Assembly: GCF_008727195.1 (NCBI RefSeq)
Contig: NZ_CP044148.1
Source: Escherichia coli O157
GTDB lineage: Bacteria; Pseudomonadota; Gammaproteobacteria; Enterobacterales; Enterobacteriaceae
Length of the DNA: 24,000 bases
Strand: one strand, 5' to 3'
Of this stretch, positions 10,173-20,313 are shown piece after piece (the first letter of the stretch is position 1; each line of letters opens with the position of its first letter). A program made the position numbers and the translations under genes. The notes below the pieces were generated by a model, which ran no database searches, was not told where the DNA came from, and saw nothing but the letters and a program-made list of their open reading frames with translations.

Positions 10173-10646
10173 ATGCTAAACATCGTACTTTACGAACCAG
10201 AAATTCCGCCAAATACTGGCAATATCATCCGTCTTTGCGCTAATACCGGCTTTCGTCTGCATATCATCGAACCGATGGGATTTGCCTGGGACGATAAGCG
10301 CCTGCGCCGCGCGGGGCTGGACTATCACGAGTTTACCGCCGTTACGCGTCATCATGACTTTCGCGCGTTCCTCGAAGCAGAAAATCCCCAGCGCCTGTTT
10401 GCCCTCACCACGAAAGGTACGCCTGCTCACAGCGCCGTAAACTATCAGGATGGCGATTATCTGATGTTCGGCCCGGAAACACGCGGCCTGCCAGCGAGCA
10501 TTCTTGATGCCCTGCCCGCTGAACAAAAAATTCGCATTCCGATGGTGCCGGACAGCCGCAGCATGAACCTGTCCAATGCGGTGTCAGTTGTGGTGTATGA
10601 AGCCTGGCGGCAGCTGGGATATCCGGGAGCGTTGTTGAGAGATTAG
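10173..10646 (+). CDS. trmL: tRNA (Cm34/cmnm5Um34) 2'-O-methyltransferase, SPOUT family
   Basis: The 157-aa protein [27 protein letters not shown].. is recognised as E. coli TrmL (YibK). Confidence 0.93.
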   Translation: MLNIVLYEPEIPPNTGNIIRLCANTGFRLHIIEPMGFAWDDKRLRRAGLDYHEFTAVTRHHDFRAFLEAENPQRLFALTTKGTPAHSAVNYQDGDYLMFGPETRGLPASILDALPAEQKIRIPMVPDSRSMNLSNAVSVVVYEAWRQLGYPGALLRD

Positions 10647-10654
10647 TTACTGTA

Positions 10655-10685
10655 TGCCGGATAGATGATTACATCGCATCCGGCA
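10655..10685. repeat. REP-like palindrome / convergent terminator region between trmL and cysE
   Basis: TGCCGGAT (10655-10662) pairs with ATCCGGCA (10678-10685), the GCCGGAT..ATCCGGC REP signature. Confidence 0.6.
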
Positions 10686-10698
10686 CGATCACAGGACA

Positions 10699-11520
10699 TT
10701 AGATCCCATCCCCATACTCAAATGTATGGTTAATACCGTTGAAATGCTGGTCCATATCCATTGATGGCTTATCGCTGTCTGGTTTACCGACAATACGAGC
10801 CGGAACGCCAGCGGCGGTTGTATGCGGCGGCACCGGTTGCAGCACCACGGAACCTGCGCCAATCTTCGCGCCGCGACCAACTTCAATATTGCCGAGGATT
10901 TTCGCGCCCGCGCCAATCATCACACCTTCACGAATTTTCGGGTGACGGTCACCACCAGATTTACCCGTACCGCCAAGCGTCACAGATTGCAGAATCGATA
11001 CGTCGTTTTCAATTACCGCCGTTTCACCCACAACGATGCCCGTGGCGTGGTCGAGCATAATGCCACGGCCAATTTTTGCTGCCGGGTGAATATCGACCTG
11101 GAACGTCACAGAAACCTGGTTTTGCAGAAAGATTGCCAATGCGCGACGCCCCTGATTCCACAACCAGTGACCGATGCGATAGGCCTGCAAGGCATGAAAA
11201 CCCTTCAGGTATAACAACGGGGTTGAGTATTTATCGACTGCCGGGTCGCGGGTACGCACCGCCTGAATATCACAGGCCGCAGAGGCGATCATTTCCGGGT
11301 CAGCGGCGTAGGCTTCTTCCACCACTTCACGGATAGCAATAGCAGGCATAATTGGCGATGACAGCTTGTTCGCCAGCATGTAGCTCAGTGCACTACCAAG
11401 GTTTTCGTGCTTGAGTAGCGTCGCGTGGTAAAAACTGGCCAGCATTGGCTCACAGTCCGCCAGCGTTCTGGCTTCGGCTTTAATATTGTTCCAGACAATT
11501 TCCAGTTCTTCACACGACAT
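10699..11520 (-). CDS. cysE: Serine O-acetyltransferase
   Basis: The 273-aa protein MSCEELEIVWNNIKAEARTLADCEPMLASFYHATLL.. has C-terminal left-handed beta-helix hexapeptide repeats. Confidence 0.96.
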   Translation of the reverse strand: MSCEELEIVWNNIKAEARTLADCEPMLASFYHATLLKHENLGSALSYMLANKLSSPIMPAIAIREVVEEAYAADPEMIASAACDIQAVRTRDPAVDKYSTPLLYLKGFHALQAYRIGHWLWNQGRRALAIFLQNQVSVTFQVDIHPAAKIGRGIMLDHATGIVVGETAVIENDVSILQSVTLGGTGKSGGDRHPKIREGVMIGAGAKILGNIEVGRGAKIGAGSVVLQPVPPHTTAAGVPARIVGKPDSDKPSMDMDQHFNGINHTFEYGDGI

Positions 11521-11599
11521 TGCTTACTCCACACGATGAGATAATGACCGGCCCGTTCTGCGCGGGCCGGGTCATAGCGGTAACAAAGGTTCCCTGGGG

Positions 11600-12619
11600 T
11601 TAGTGGCTGCTGCGCTCGTCCTTGCGTGCACGACCTAATAACGTCAATGCTGCCTCGCGCGCGTTTTTTCCGCAATATAATACTTGATAAATTTCCTCGG
11701 TTATTGGCATTTCTACGCCGAAGCGATGCGCCAGTTCGCGGACTTCTTTCGTATTGCGGTAGCCTTCCACCACCTGACCAATCTTCTCCTGCGCGCTTTG
11801 TACATCCATGCCCTGACCGAGCATCATGCCAAAACGGCGGTTACGCGACTGGTTGTCGGTACAAGTAAGCACAAGATCGCCCAGCCCCGCCATGCCCATA
11901 AAGGTGGCAGGATCGGCACCCAGCGCCGCGCCAAGACGCGACATTTCAGCCAGCCCACGGGTGATCAGTGCCGTACGCGCATTCGCACCAAAACCGATAC
12001 CGTCGGACATCCCCGCGCCAATGGCAATGACGTTTTTCACCGCACCGCCAAGCTGCACGCCAATGAAATCCGGATTGCTGTAAACGCGGAAACTTTTGCC
12101 GCAGTGCAGCAGCTGCTGGAGATCATCGGCAAAGGTCTGATCGGTCGAGGCCAGCGAAATAGCTGTCGGTAAACCTGCCGCCAGTTCTTTCGCAAACGTT
12201 GGGCCAGAGATAACCGCCAGCGGAATTTGATCGCCTAAGGCCTCACGCGCCACGTCCTGTAACAGACGTCCGGTTTCCGCTTCCAGCCCTTTGGTCGCCC
12301 ACACCAGACGCGCATCAGGACGCATCAGCGGTTTAATCTGGCGCAGCACTTCACCAAAGACATGGCTGGGTACGACGACGAGAATATTACGGCTGGCTGC
12401 CAGCGCAGTGGCGAGATCGCTTTCAAGATGGAGCGTATCGGGAAAAGGCACATCGGGGAGAAACGCGGCGTTACAGCGGTCGCGTTCAAGCGTTGCGATA
12501 TGTTCAGGGTCATGGCCCCAGAGGACAACCTCGTGGCCATTTCTTGCCAGGGTGATGGCAAGAGCGGTGCCGTACGAGCCGGCACCGATCACAGTCATTG
12601 AAGCATTACGTTGGTTCAT
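11600..12619 (-). CDS. gpsA: NAD(P)H-dependent glycerol-3-phosphate dehydrogenase
   Basis: The 339-aa protein has an N-terminal [10 protein letters not shown] dinucleotide fold. Its start overlaps the secB stop by 1 nt (TGATG). Confidence 0.96.
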   Translation of the reverse strand: MNQRNASMTVIGAGSYGTALAITLARNGHEVVLWGHDPEHIATLERDRCNAAFLPDVPFPDTLHLESDLATALAASRNILVVVPSHVFGEVLRQIKPLMRPDARLVWATKGLEAETGRLLQDVAREALGDQIPLAVISGPTFAKELAAGLPTAISLASTDQTFADDLQQLLHCGKSFRVYSNPDFIGVQLGGAVKNVIAIGAGMSDGIGFGANARTALITRGLAEMSRLGAALGADPATFMGMAGLGDLVLTCTDNQSRNRRFGMMLGQGMDVQSAQEKIGQVVEGYRNTKEVRELAHRFGVEMPITEEIYQVLYCGKNAREAALTLLGRARKDERSSH

Positions 12620-13086
12620 CAGGCATCCTGATGTTCTTCAGTACCTTCGCCAGCCTGCTGCTGCAAATAGTTCATGAACAGCGCATCGAAGTTAACCGGC
12701 GCAAGGTTCAGTTGCGGGAATGTACCGCGGGATACCATGCTGGTGATGCACTCACGAGCATACGGGAACAGAATGTTCGGGCAGTATGCGCCCAGGCAAT
12801 GTGCCATCTGGGTGCCTTCGATACCCGCGATGGAGAAAATACCGCCCTGCTGAACTTCACACAGGAACGCGGTTTCTTCGCCCAGGGAGGCCGTTACGGT
12901 AACACGCAGTACCACTTCGTATACGTCATCTGCCAGTTGGGAAGATGCCGTATCCAGATCAAGTTTAACTTCTGGTTGCCAATCTTTCTGGAAAACGTGC
13001 GGCGCGTTCGGCGCTTCGAAAGAGATATCCTTGGTATAAATACGTTGGATCTGGAAAGTCATTTCAGTGTTGTTTTGTTCTGACAT
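12619..13086 (-). CDS. secB: Protein-export chaperone SecB
   Basis: The 155-aa protein [33 protein letters not shown].. is recognised as SecB. Confidence 0.97.
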
Positions 13087-13148
13087 GTGTAGAAAACCCT
13101 TAAGTGTTGTCCTTAAATACTGCGCAATGTAATGCCAACGTTCACACG

Positions 13149-13400
13149 TTATTTCAGCAGGGGATCCAGTCCACCACGTGCATCCAATGCATACAAGTCA
13201 TCACAGCCGCCAATGTGCTGTGCGTCAATAAAAATCTGGGGAACCGTGGTGCGACCGCTGCGTTTGATCATCTCTTCACGCTTGGCGGCATTGCCATCGA
13301 TCGGCAACTCCTGAAAACTCACGCCCTTGCTGCTCAGCAGTGCTTTTGCACGATGGCAATACGGGCAGGTTTCTTTGGTATAGATTTCAACATTGGCCAT
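13149..13400 (-). CDS. grxC: Glutaredoxin 3
   Basis: The 83-aa protein has the CPYC active site ([22 protein letters not shown]). Confidence 0.96.
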
Positions 13401-13541
13401 AATTTAGCTCCTGTTTTTTTACCCTGAAATTTCATGTTGCAGGGCGGCTGCAAAATGGAGTGTCCCCAGAAGCTTATAACAATAAGTCGCTGGGGGCCTA
13501 ATTGCAGCTAACGGCCTGCATCATGAAAGACGACAGGTAAA

Positions 13542-13973
13542 TTATTTGCCGCGCACCAAAGGCAAGTTTTCGCCAGCCCAGCCAGCGACGCCTTCTTTCA
13601 GCACGAATACTTGCGCAAAACCAGCTTTCGTCAGTGCGTTTGCAGGCTCCTGGCACTGCATGCCAGAACCGTCTACCACGATAACCGGTTTGTCTTTGTG
13701 CTTCTCAAGCTCACCAACATTGTTGGCTTTGATTTCGCTCGGCAACAGATTGATAGAACCTGCGATATGGCCTTTACGGAAGTCATCACGCTGACGTAAA
13801 TCCACAACCACAGCGTCTTCTTTGTTGATCAGACGCGTAGCTTCACCACGAGTAATCACCTTCACTTTCGAGGTCAGGCTCTTAAACGTAGTCACAAGAA
13901 CCGCCACCAGTAACGCGATCCAGGCGATACTCAGTATGGGATGACGGCCAACAAATTGCATAATTTCTTGCAT
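13542..13973 (-). CDS. yibN: Membrane-anchored rhodanese-domain protein
   Basis: The 143-aa product runs from the ATG at 13973 ([23 protein letters not shown]..), with an N-terminal TM helix and a rhodanese-like domain. The listed ORF begins 4 codons further upstream (13985). Confidence 0.88.
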
Positions 13974-14217
13974 GGGGGGTAACAACTCCCGACGTAGTGA
14001 TTAAAAAAACCAGGAAAGGAGTATACCTGCGCGGTGCGGCAAATACAGCCAGCGCGTTAACTGGAATGCAATTTTGCGGGGCACGACGAAAAAAAAGCGC
14101 AAATCTGGCATCGGCTTGCCGCGAGCGGTCGTATATTTTGATCTTCAGAGGCTATTTTATCGATTCAGCTGTAGTAAAATTACGCAAATTTTGACTCTTG
14201 AGTATGAGGTTGTCGCA

Positions 14218-15762
14218 ATGTCGGTTTCTAAAAAACCTATGGTACTGGTGATTCTGGATGGCTATGGCTATCGTGAAGAACAGCAGGATAACGCCATTTT
14301 TAGTGCTAAAACCCCGGTAATGGATGCACTGTGGGCCAATCGTCCGCATACCCTGATCGACGCTTCCGGTCTGGAAGTCGGTCTGCCTGACCGTCAGATG
14401 GGTAACTCCGAAGTAGGCCACGTTAACCTGGGTGCCGGCCGCATCGTGTATCAGGACCTGACTCGTCTGGACGTTGAAATCAAAGATCGCGCTTTCTTTG
14501 CTAATCCAGTGCTGACTGGCGCGGTAGATAAAGCGAAAAACGCAGGTAAAGCAGTACACATTATGGGTCTGCTCTCCGCAGGCGGCGTACACAGCCACGA
14601 AGATCACATCATGGCGATGGTAGAACTGGCAGCTGAACGCGGCGCAGAAAAAATCTACCTGCACGCATTCCTTGACGGTCGCGACACCCCGCCGCGCAGT
14701 GCTGAATCCTCGCTGAAAAAATTTGAAGAGAAATTTGCTGCGCTGGGTAAAGGCCGCGTAGCGTCCATCATTGGTCGTTACTACGCGATGGACCGCGATA
14801 ACCGTTGGGATCGCGTTGAAAAAGCCTATGACCTGCTGACTCTGGCGCAGGGTGAGTTCCAGGCCGATACTGCCGTTGCTGGTTTGCAGGCAGCTTATGC
14901 TCGCGACGAAAACGACGAGTTCGTGAAAGCGACCGTTATTCGTGCAGAAGGTCAGCCAGATGCGGCAATGGAAGACGGCGATGCGCTGATTTTCATGAAC
15001 TTCCGTGCTGACCGCGCGCGCGAAATCACTCGTGCATTCGTAAACGCAGATTTCGACGGCTTCGCGCGTAAGAAAGTGGTTAACGTCGATTTCGTGATGC
15101 TGACCGAATACGCCGCTGACATCAAAACTGCGGTTGCTTACCCACCCGCTTCCCTGGTTAACACCTTCGGCGAGTGGATGGCGAAAAACGACAAAACTCA
15201 GTTGCGTATTTCCGAAACCGAAAAATATGCCCACGTTACTTTCTTCTTCAACGGTGGCGTAGAAGAGTCGTTCAAAGGCGAAGATCGCATTCTGATCAAC
15301 TCACCGAAAGTGGCTACCTACGATCTGCAACCGGAAATGAGCTCCGCAGAGCTGACCGAAAAACTGGTTGCGGCCATCAAGAGCGGCAAATACGACACCA
15401 TTATCTGTAACTATCCGAACGGCGACATGGTAGGTCACACCGGGGTGATGGAAGCGGCGGTTAAAGCGGTTGAAGCACTGGATCACTGCGTGGAAGAAGT
15501 CGCGAAAGCGGTTGAGTCCGTGGGTGGACAACTGCTGATCACCGCTGACCACGGTAACGCTGAACAGATGCGCGATCCGGCAACGGGTCAGGCACACACG
15601 GCACACACCAACCTGCCAGTTCCGCTGATTTACGTTGGTGATAAGAACGTGAAAGCGGTTGCAGGCGGCAAACTTTCTGACATCGCGCCGACCATGTTGT
15701 CGCTGATGGGTATGGAAATCCCGCAAGAGATGACTGGTAAGCCGCTGTTCATCGTGGAATAA
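14218..15762 (+). CDS. gpmM: 2,3-bisphosphoglycerate-independent phosphoglycerate mutase
   Basis: The 514-aa product runs from the ATG at 14218 ([21 protein letters not shown]..) and contains the catalytic-Ser motif GNSEVGH. The listed ORF extends 48 codons upstream through non-coding-looking sequence. Confidence 0.95.
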
Positions 15763-15795
15763 TCCCTCCCCATGAGGGGAAAGGCGATTAATACC

Positions 15796-17055
15796 ATGAC
15801 ACGGGCCGTGAAACCGCGCAGGTTTGCAATCAGGCCCATCATCTACGCCAGCGTTCTTAGCGCTGGCGTATTGTTGTGCGCCTTTTCCGCCCACGCGGAT
15901 GAGCGTGACCAACTCAAATCTATTCAGGCCGATATCGCCGCAAAAGAGCGCGCGGTACGCCAAAAGCAACAACAACGCGCAAGCCTGCTCGCACAATTGA
16001 AAAAGCAGGAAGAAGCGATCTCTGAAGCCACCCGTAAGCTGCGCGAAACGCAAAACACGCTCAATCAACTCAATAAACAGATTGATGAGATGAACGCGTC
16101 GATTGCCAAACTGGAGCAGCAAAAAGCCGCCCAGGAGCGCAGCCTCGCCGCACAACTGGATGCCGCATTCCGTCAGGGCGAGCATACCGGTATTCAGCTG
16201 ATTCTCAGCGGTGAAGAAAGCCAGCGTGGACAGCGTTTACAGGCTTATTTCGGCTATCTCAACCAGGCGCGACAAGAAACCATTGCCCAGTTGAAGCAAA
16301 CGCGTGAAGAAGTCGCCATGCAGCGTGCTGAACTGGAAGAGAAACAGAGCGAGCAACAAACGCTGTTATATGAGCAGCGCGCCCAACAGGCGAAACTGAC
16401 TCAGGCGCTGAACGAGCGTAAAAAGACGCTGGCAGGGCTGGAGTCTTCCATCCAGCAAGGTCAGCAACAGTTGAGCGAGCTGCGCGCCAACGAATCCCGT
16501 CTGCGTAACAGCATTGCCCGTGCGGAAGCCGCGGCGAAAGCGCGTGCAGAACGAGAAGCACGTGAGGCCCAGGCGGTTCGCGACCGCCAGAAAGAAGCGA
16601 CGCGCAAAGGCACCACCTACAAACCGACCGAAAGCGAAAAATCGCTGATGTCCCGAACTGGTGGCCTGGGGGCGCCGCGTGGTCAGGCATTCTGGCCGGT
16701 TCGCGGGCCGACGCTGCATCGCTATGGTGAACAGCTACAGGGCGAACTACGCTGGAAAGGAATGGTTATCGGTGCCTCTGAAGGTACTGAAGTTAAAGCG
16801 ATTGCCGATGGTCGGGTGATTCTGGCTGACTGGCTGCAAGGTTACGGTCTGGTGGTGGTGGTTGAGCACGGTAAAGGCGACATGAGTCTTTACGGCTATA
16901 ATCAGAGCGCACTGGTGAGCGTTGGTTCGCAGGTTCGCGCGGGCCAGCCAATTGCACTGGTGGGCAGCAGTGGCGGTCAGGGTCGGCCTTCACTCTATTT
17001 CGAAATTCGCCGCCAAGGTCAGGCGGTCAATCCACAGCCGTGGTTGGGAAGATAA
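15796..17055 (+). CDS. envC: Murein hydrolase (amidase) activator EnvC: coiled coil plus degenerate LytM/M23 domain
   Basis: The 419-aa product runs from the ATG at 15796 (MTRAVKPRRFAIRPIIYASVLSAGVLLCAFSAHA signal peptide). It has a long Q/E/A-rich coiled coil and a C-terminal LytM fold. Confidence 0.94.
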   Translation: MTRAVKPRRFAIRPIIYASVLSAGVLLCAFSAHADERDQLKSIQADIAAKERAVRQKQQQRASLLAQLKKQEEAISEATRKLRETQNTLNQLNKQIDEMNASIAKLEQQKAAQERSLAAQLDAAFRQGEHTGIQLILSGEESQRGQRLQAYFGYLNQARQETIAQLKQTREEVAMQRAELEEKQSEQQTLLYEQRAQQAKLTQALNERKKTLAGLESSIQQGQQQLSELRANESRLRNSIARAEAAAKARAEREAREAQAVRDRQKEATRKGTTYKPTESEKSLMSRTGGLGAPRGQAFWPVRGPTLHRYGEQLQGELRWKGMVIGASEGTEVKAIADGRVILADWLQGYGLVVVVEHGKGDMSLYGYNQSALVSVGSQVRAGQPIALVGSSGGQGRPSLYFEIRRQGQAVNPQPWLGR

Positions 17056-17058
17056 GTT

Positions 17059-18018
17059 TTGTTTCCATTTCGTCGTAACGTTCTTGCATTTGCCGCTCTG
17101 TTGGCGCTCTCCTCCCCCGTACTTGCTGGCAAACTTGCCATCGTCATTGATGATTTTGGGTATCGCCCGCACAACGAAAACCAGGTGCTGGCGATGCCCT
17201 CCGCTATCTCCGTCGCTGTATTACCCGATTCACCGCACGCCAGAGAGATGGCGACCAAAGCGCATAACAGCGGGCACGAAGTGTTGATTCATCTCCCGAT
17301 GGCACCACTGAGTAAACAGCCGCTGGAGAAAAATACGCTGCGCCCGGAGATGAGCAGCGACGAAATTGAGCGCATTATTCGTAGTGCGGTCAATAACGTG
17401 CCCTATGCCGTGGGGATCAACAACCACATGGGTAGCAAGATGACCTCTAACCTGTTTGGTATGCAGAAAGTGATGCAGGCACTGGAGCGTTACAATCTTT
17501 ACTTCCTCGACAGCGTAACCATCGGTAATACCCAGGCGATGCGCGCCGCGCAAGGTACTGGCGTGAAGGTGATCAAACGGAAGGTGTTCCTCGACGATTC
17601 GCAGAACGAAGCGGACATCCGTGTGCAATTTAATCGCGCAATTGATCTGGCGCGTCGCAACGGTTCAACCATTGCCATTGGGCATCCTCACCCTTCAACG
17701 GTACGCGTGCTACAACAGATGGTTTATAACCTGCCGCCAGACATTACGCTGGTGAAAGCCAGCAGCTTGCTGAATGAACCGCAGGTTGATACTTCTACAC
17801 CGCCGAAAAACGCTGTGCCTGATGCACCGCGTAATCCGTTCCGTGGCGTGAAGCTGTGCAAACCGAAGAAACCGATAGAACCTGTTTATGCTAATCGCTT
17901 CTTTGAAGTATTAAGCGAAAGCATCAGCCAGAGCACGCTGATCGTTTACTTCCAGCATCAGTGGCAAGGCTGGGGCAAACAGCCCGAAGCGGCGAAGTTT
18001 AACGCTAGCGCAAATTAA
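17059..18018 (+). CDS. yibQ: Divergent polysaccharide deacetylase family protein
   Basis: The 319-aa protein has a TTG start 3 nt after the envC stop and a signal peptide MFPFRRNVLAFAALLALSSPVLA. Recognised as YibQ. Confidence 0.88.
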   Translation: MFPFRRNVLAFAALLALSSPVLAGKLAIVIDDFGYRPHNENQVLAMPSAISVAVLPDSPHAREMATKAHNSGHEVLIHLPMAPLSKQPLEKNTLRPEMSSDEIERIIRSAVNNVPYAVGINNHMGSKMTSNLFGMQKVMQALERYNLYFLDSVTIGNTQAMRAAQGTGVKVIKRKVFLDDSQNEADIRVQFNRAIDLARRNGSTIAIGHPHPSTVRVLQQMVYNLPPDITLVKASSLLNEPQVDTSTPPKNAVPDAPRNPFRGVKLCKPKKPIEPVYANRFFEVLSESISQSTLIVYFQHQWQGWGKQPEAAKFNASAN

Positions 18019-18023
18019 AGGCG

Positions 18024-19040
18024 CTACGCGTAATGCGATGGTGCGACCGCGTTTTTTTCGCGCCATTGCCATAAGCGGAAAGACCACAGTAACGCCTGGT
18101 AACCGACCTTCACGCTGCGCACATTGGTAATCAGGCGCTTATACATACCGGAAGTAAATATCTCGGCAATCATCCGTTGGCGGGTAAGAATATCCGGCTC
18201 TTTGCGCACCGCATGGCAAACACGCAATGCTTCGTAAGTTATTTGCTGATGAAATTCCGGATAAATCATAATTTTGTCGGCATAATTTCGATTTAATTTC
18301 TCCAGCAGGCGGGTAATCTTAATATAGTGACGTTGATAATTAAGGTTTTTATTCCCTTGTCTATGCAACCGACTCACTGACGTATTATGCAGATAATATT
18401 TATATAATGATTGCTCGGTATATCGCGCACGCAGCGCGTTAAACATGAATTCTGTTGTCCAGACAATATCCTGATGATGTAATCCGGCAATAAATTTAAT
18501 GTTATTTTTAACAATAACATCACGGCGATAAACCCCCATCCAGACAACGTGAGTCCAACGGCGCGAAGAAAGCCCCATCCGCAGCCAGTCCGGGCCGGTT
18601 AATACACCGGTTGAGCGAAGGCGATCGCTGGGGATGGATTGCCAGGTTTCTCCCGTTTCACGAAAAGACCAGTCAGCGTTGCACTGCGCCACGTCGAGGT
18701 CGTCCTCTAACGCCATGGTCATCAGCGTTTCGTACATGGTGGGATAGACCTCATCGTCAGCATCGACAAAAGCGACATATTTGCCCGTCGCCACCTCGAT
18801 CCCACGATTACGCGCTACCGATGCGCCAGCATTCGCCTGATGCAACAAACGAACGTGCGGATAGTTTTCTGCGTAATGCTTTGCTATTTCAACAGAATTA
18901 TCCGTTGAACCATCGTTAATAATAATGATTTCCAGAGCAGTCCAGGTTTGCGTAATTAAAGATTCCATACAAGTGCGGAAATCATCGCCCGCATTATATA
19001 ACGGAATAATAACACTAAGTTTATTGGTGCTGTTCATCAT
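18024..19040 (-). CDS. waaH: GT2-family LPS core glucuronosyltransferase WaaH (YibD), variant C-terminal tail
   Basis: The 338-aa protein MMNSTNKLSVIIPLYNAGDDF.. has a GT-A fold with the DXD motif (VDADDE). The last 9 residues follow an A7 (T7 on +) run at 18052-18058 and differ from the tail encoded by the adjacent frame. Confidence 0.9.
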   Translation of the reverse strand: MMNSTNKLSVIIPLYNAGDDFRTCMESLITQTWTALEIIIINDGSTDNSVEIAKHYAENYPHVRLLHQANAGASVARNRGIEVATGKYVAFVDADDEVYPTMYETLMTMALEDDLDVAQCNADWSFRETGETWQSIPSDRLRSTGVLTGPDWLRMGLSSRRWTHVVWMGVYRRDVIVKNNIKFIAGLHHQDIVWTTEFMFNALRARYTEQSLYKYYLHNTSVSRLHRQGNKNLNYQRHYIKITRLLEKLNRNYADKIMIYPEFHQQITYEALRVCHAVRKEPDILTRQRMIAEIFTSGMYKRLITNVRSVKVGYQALLWSFRLWQWREKNAVAPSHYA

Positions 19041-19247
19041 AAATTACCGACGACCTCTGAAGTTATCCTGACGTTTTACAGGCTTTGTATTAAGAAACTA
19101 TTAAGCCTGTGAGATATTATTTTTACAGGTGAGAGAGTCACTTCAGGGTAGAGAGATAATGAGAACAGCTATATAAAAGATCAGCGCAATTACGAACTCT
19201 TTATTACACTGACAGGATTTTACATATTTAACAGATTATCCTCAGGC

Positions 19248-19275
19248 AAAAGGGCTGGAATACCAGCCCTTTTTC
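19248..19275 (-). terminator. Stem-loop terminator downstream of tdh (looks bidirectional)
   Basis: AGGGCTGG (19251-19258) pairs with CCAGCCCT (19263-19270), flanked by A-run and T-run, 4 nt beyond the tdh stop. Confidence 0.6.
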
Positions 19276-19278
19276 GTG

Positions 19279-20304
19279 TTAATCCCAGCTCAGAATAACT
19301 TTCCCGGACTGGCCCGAACACATAGCGTCAAAGCCCTTCTGGAAATCATCGATAGAGAAACGATGGGTAATGATCGGCGAGAGATCGAGGCCAGACTGAA
19401 TCAGCGCCGCCATCTTGTACCAGGTTTCAAACATCTCACGACCGTAAATGCCTTTAATGAACAAGCCTTTAAAGATCACTTTGGTCCAGTCGATAGACAT
19501 GTCAGACGGTGGAATACCCAGCATCGCAATACGACCGCCGTGGTTCATGGTATCGAGCATGGTACGAAACGCTGGCGGCGCGCCGGACATTTCCAGACCG
19601 ACATCAAAGCCTTCGGTCATGCCCAGTTCAGCCATCACATCATTAAGGTTTTCTTTCGCGACGTTAACCGCACGGGTGATACCCATTTTGCGCGCCAGCT
19701 CAAGGCGGTATTCGTTAACATCGGTGATCACCACATTGCGTGCACCAACGTGTTTCGCCACCGCCGCAGCCATAATACCTATCGGACCTGCACCAGAAAC
19801 CAGCACATCTTCGCCCACCAGATCGAACGACAGCGCGGTATGCACGGCGTTACCGAAGGGATCAAAAATGGAAGCCAGGTCGTCGGAGATATTGTCGGGG
19901 ATTTTGAAAGCGTTGAACGCCGGAATCACCAGATATTCGGCGAAGCAGCCCGGACGGTTAACACCGACACCAATGGTGTTGCGGCACAGATGGGTACGAC
20001 CGCCACGACAGTTGCGACAGTGACCGCAGGTGATATGGCCTTCGCCAGAAACGCGATCGCCGATTTTGAAGCCTTTCACTTCCTGACCAATACCTACCAC
20101 TTCACCGACATATTCATGGCCTACGACCATCGGCACCGGGATGGTTTTTTGCGACCACTCATCCCAGTTATAGATGTGAACGTCAGTCCCGCAGATGGCT
20201 GTTTTACGGATTTTAATCAGCAGATCGTTATGCCCGAGTTCCGGTACAGGAACGTCGGTCATCCAGATGCCCTCTTCCGCTTTCAGTTTGGATAACGCTT
20301 TCAT
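19279..20304 (-). CDS. tdh: L-threonine 3-dehydrogenase (Zn-dependent MDR family)
   Basis: The 341-aa protein [32 protein letters not shown].. has the GHEYVGEV zinc motif and a GAGPIG Rossmann motif. Confidence 0.97.
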   Translation of the reverse strand: MKALSKLKAEEGIWMTDVPVPELGHNDLLIKIRKTAICGTDVHIYNWDEWSQKTIPVPMVVGHEYVGEVVGIGQEVKGFKIGDRVSGEGHITCGHCRNCRGGRTHLCRNTIGVGVNRPGCFAEYLVIPAFNAFKIPDNISDDLASIFDPFGNAVHTALSFDLVGEDVLVSGAGPIGIMAAAVAKHVGARNVVITDVNEYRLELARKMGITRAVNVAKENLNDVMAELGMTEGFDVGLEMSGAPPAFRTMLDTMNHGGRIAMLGIPPSDMSIDWTKVIFKGLFIKGIYGREMFETWYKMAALIQSGLDLSPIITHRFSIDDFQKGFDAMCSGQSGKVILSWD

Positions 20305-20313
20305 CTCACATCC

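Noticed and set aside
11548-11577. GC-rich inverted repeat GACCGGCCCG..CGGGCCGGGTC between gpsA and cysE
   Set aside because: It is probably a partial terminator or mRNA-stabilising hairpin after gpsA. It is imperfect, lacks a U-run, and is unremarkable for this conserved operon junction.
13437-13520. Three consecutive short stem-loops in the yibN-grxC spacer (13437-13453, 13464-13495, 13503-13520)
   Set aside because: The stems are only 5-6 bp and none has a following T-run. The spacer must also hold the yibN 3' end and the grxC promoter. This is not enough to call an sRNA or attenuator.
14152-16185. Long minus-strand ORFs (360 aa at 14152-15234, 294 aa at 15301-16185) opposite gpmM and envC
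   Set aside because: The 14152-15234 ORF is in the same codon-register shadow as the tdh case (checked for gpmM). Both gpmM and envC are confidently identified on the plus strand, and the antisense translations show no recognisable features.
19209-19234. TGT-containing repeats (minus strand CTGTTAAATATGTAAAATCCTGTCAGTGTAAT) upstream of waaH, reminiscent of a Pho box; I recall waaH/yibD as a Pho-regulon member
   Set aside because: The TGT cores are spaced 9-10 bp apart, not the 11 bp of tandem CTGTCAT Pho-box repeats, and the second heptamer matches poorly. I cannot support the call without a scoring matrix.
19276-20295. A 339-aa plus-strand ORF almost exactly coextensive with tdh on the opposite strand
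   Set aside because: It lies in exact codon register with tdh, so an antisense stop needs a sense TTA, CTA or TCA codon. These codons are simply avoided in this well-adapted gene. The translated product is low-complexity and R/H/T-rich, with no start context. It is a shadow ORF.
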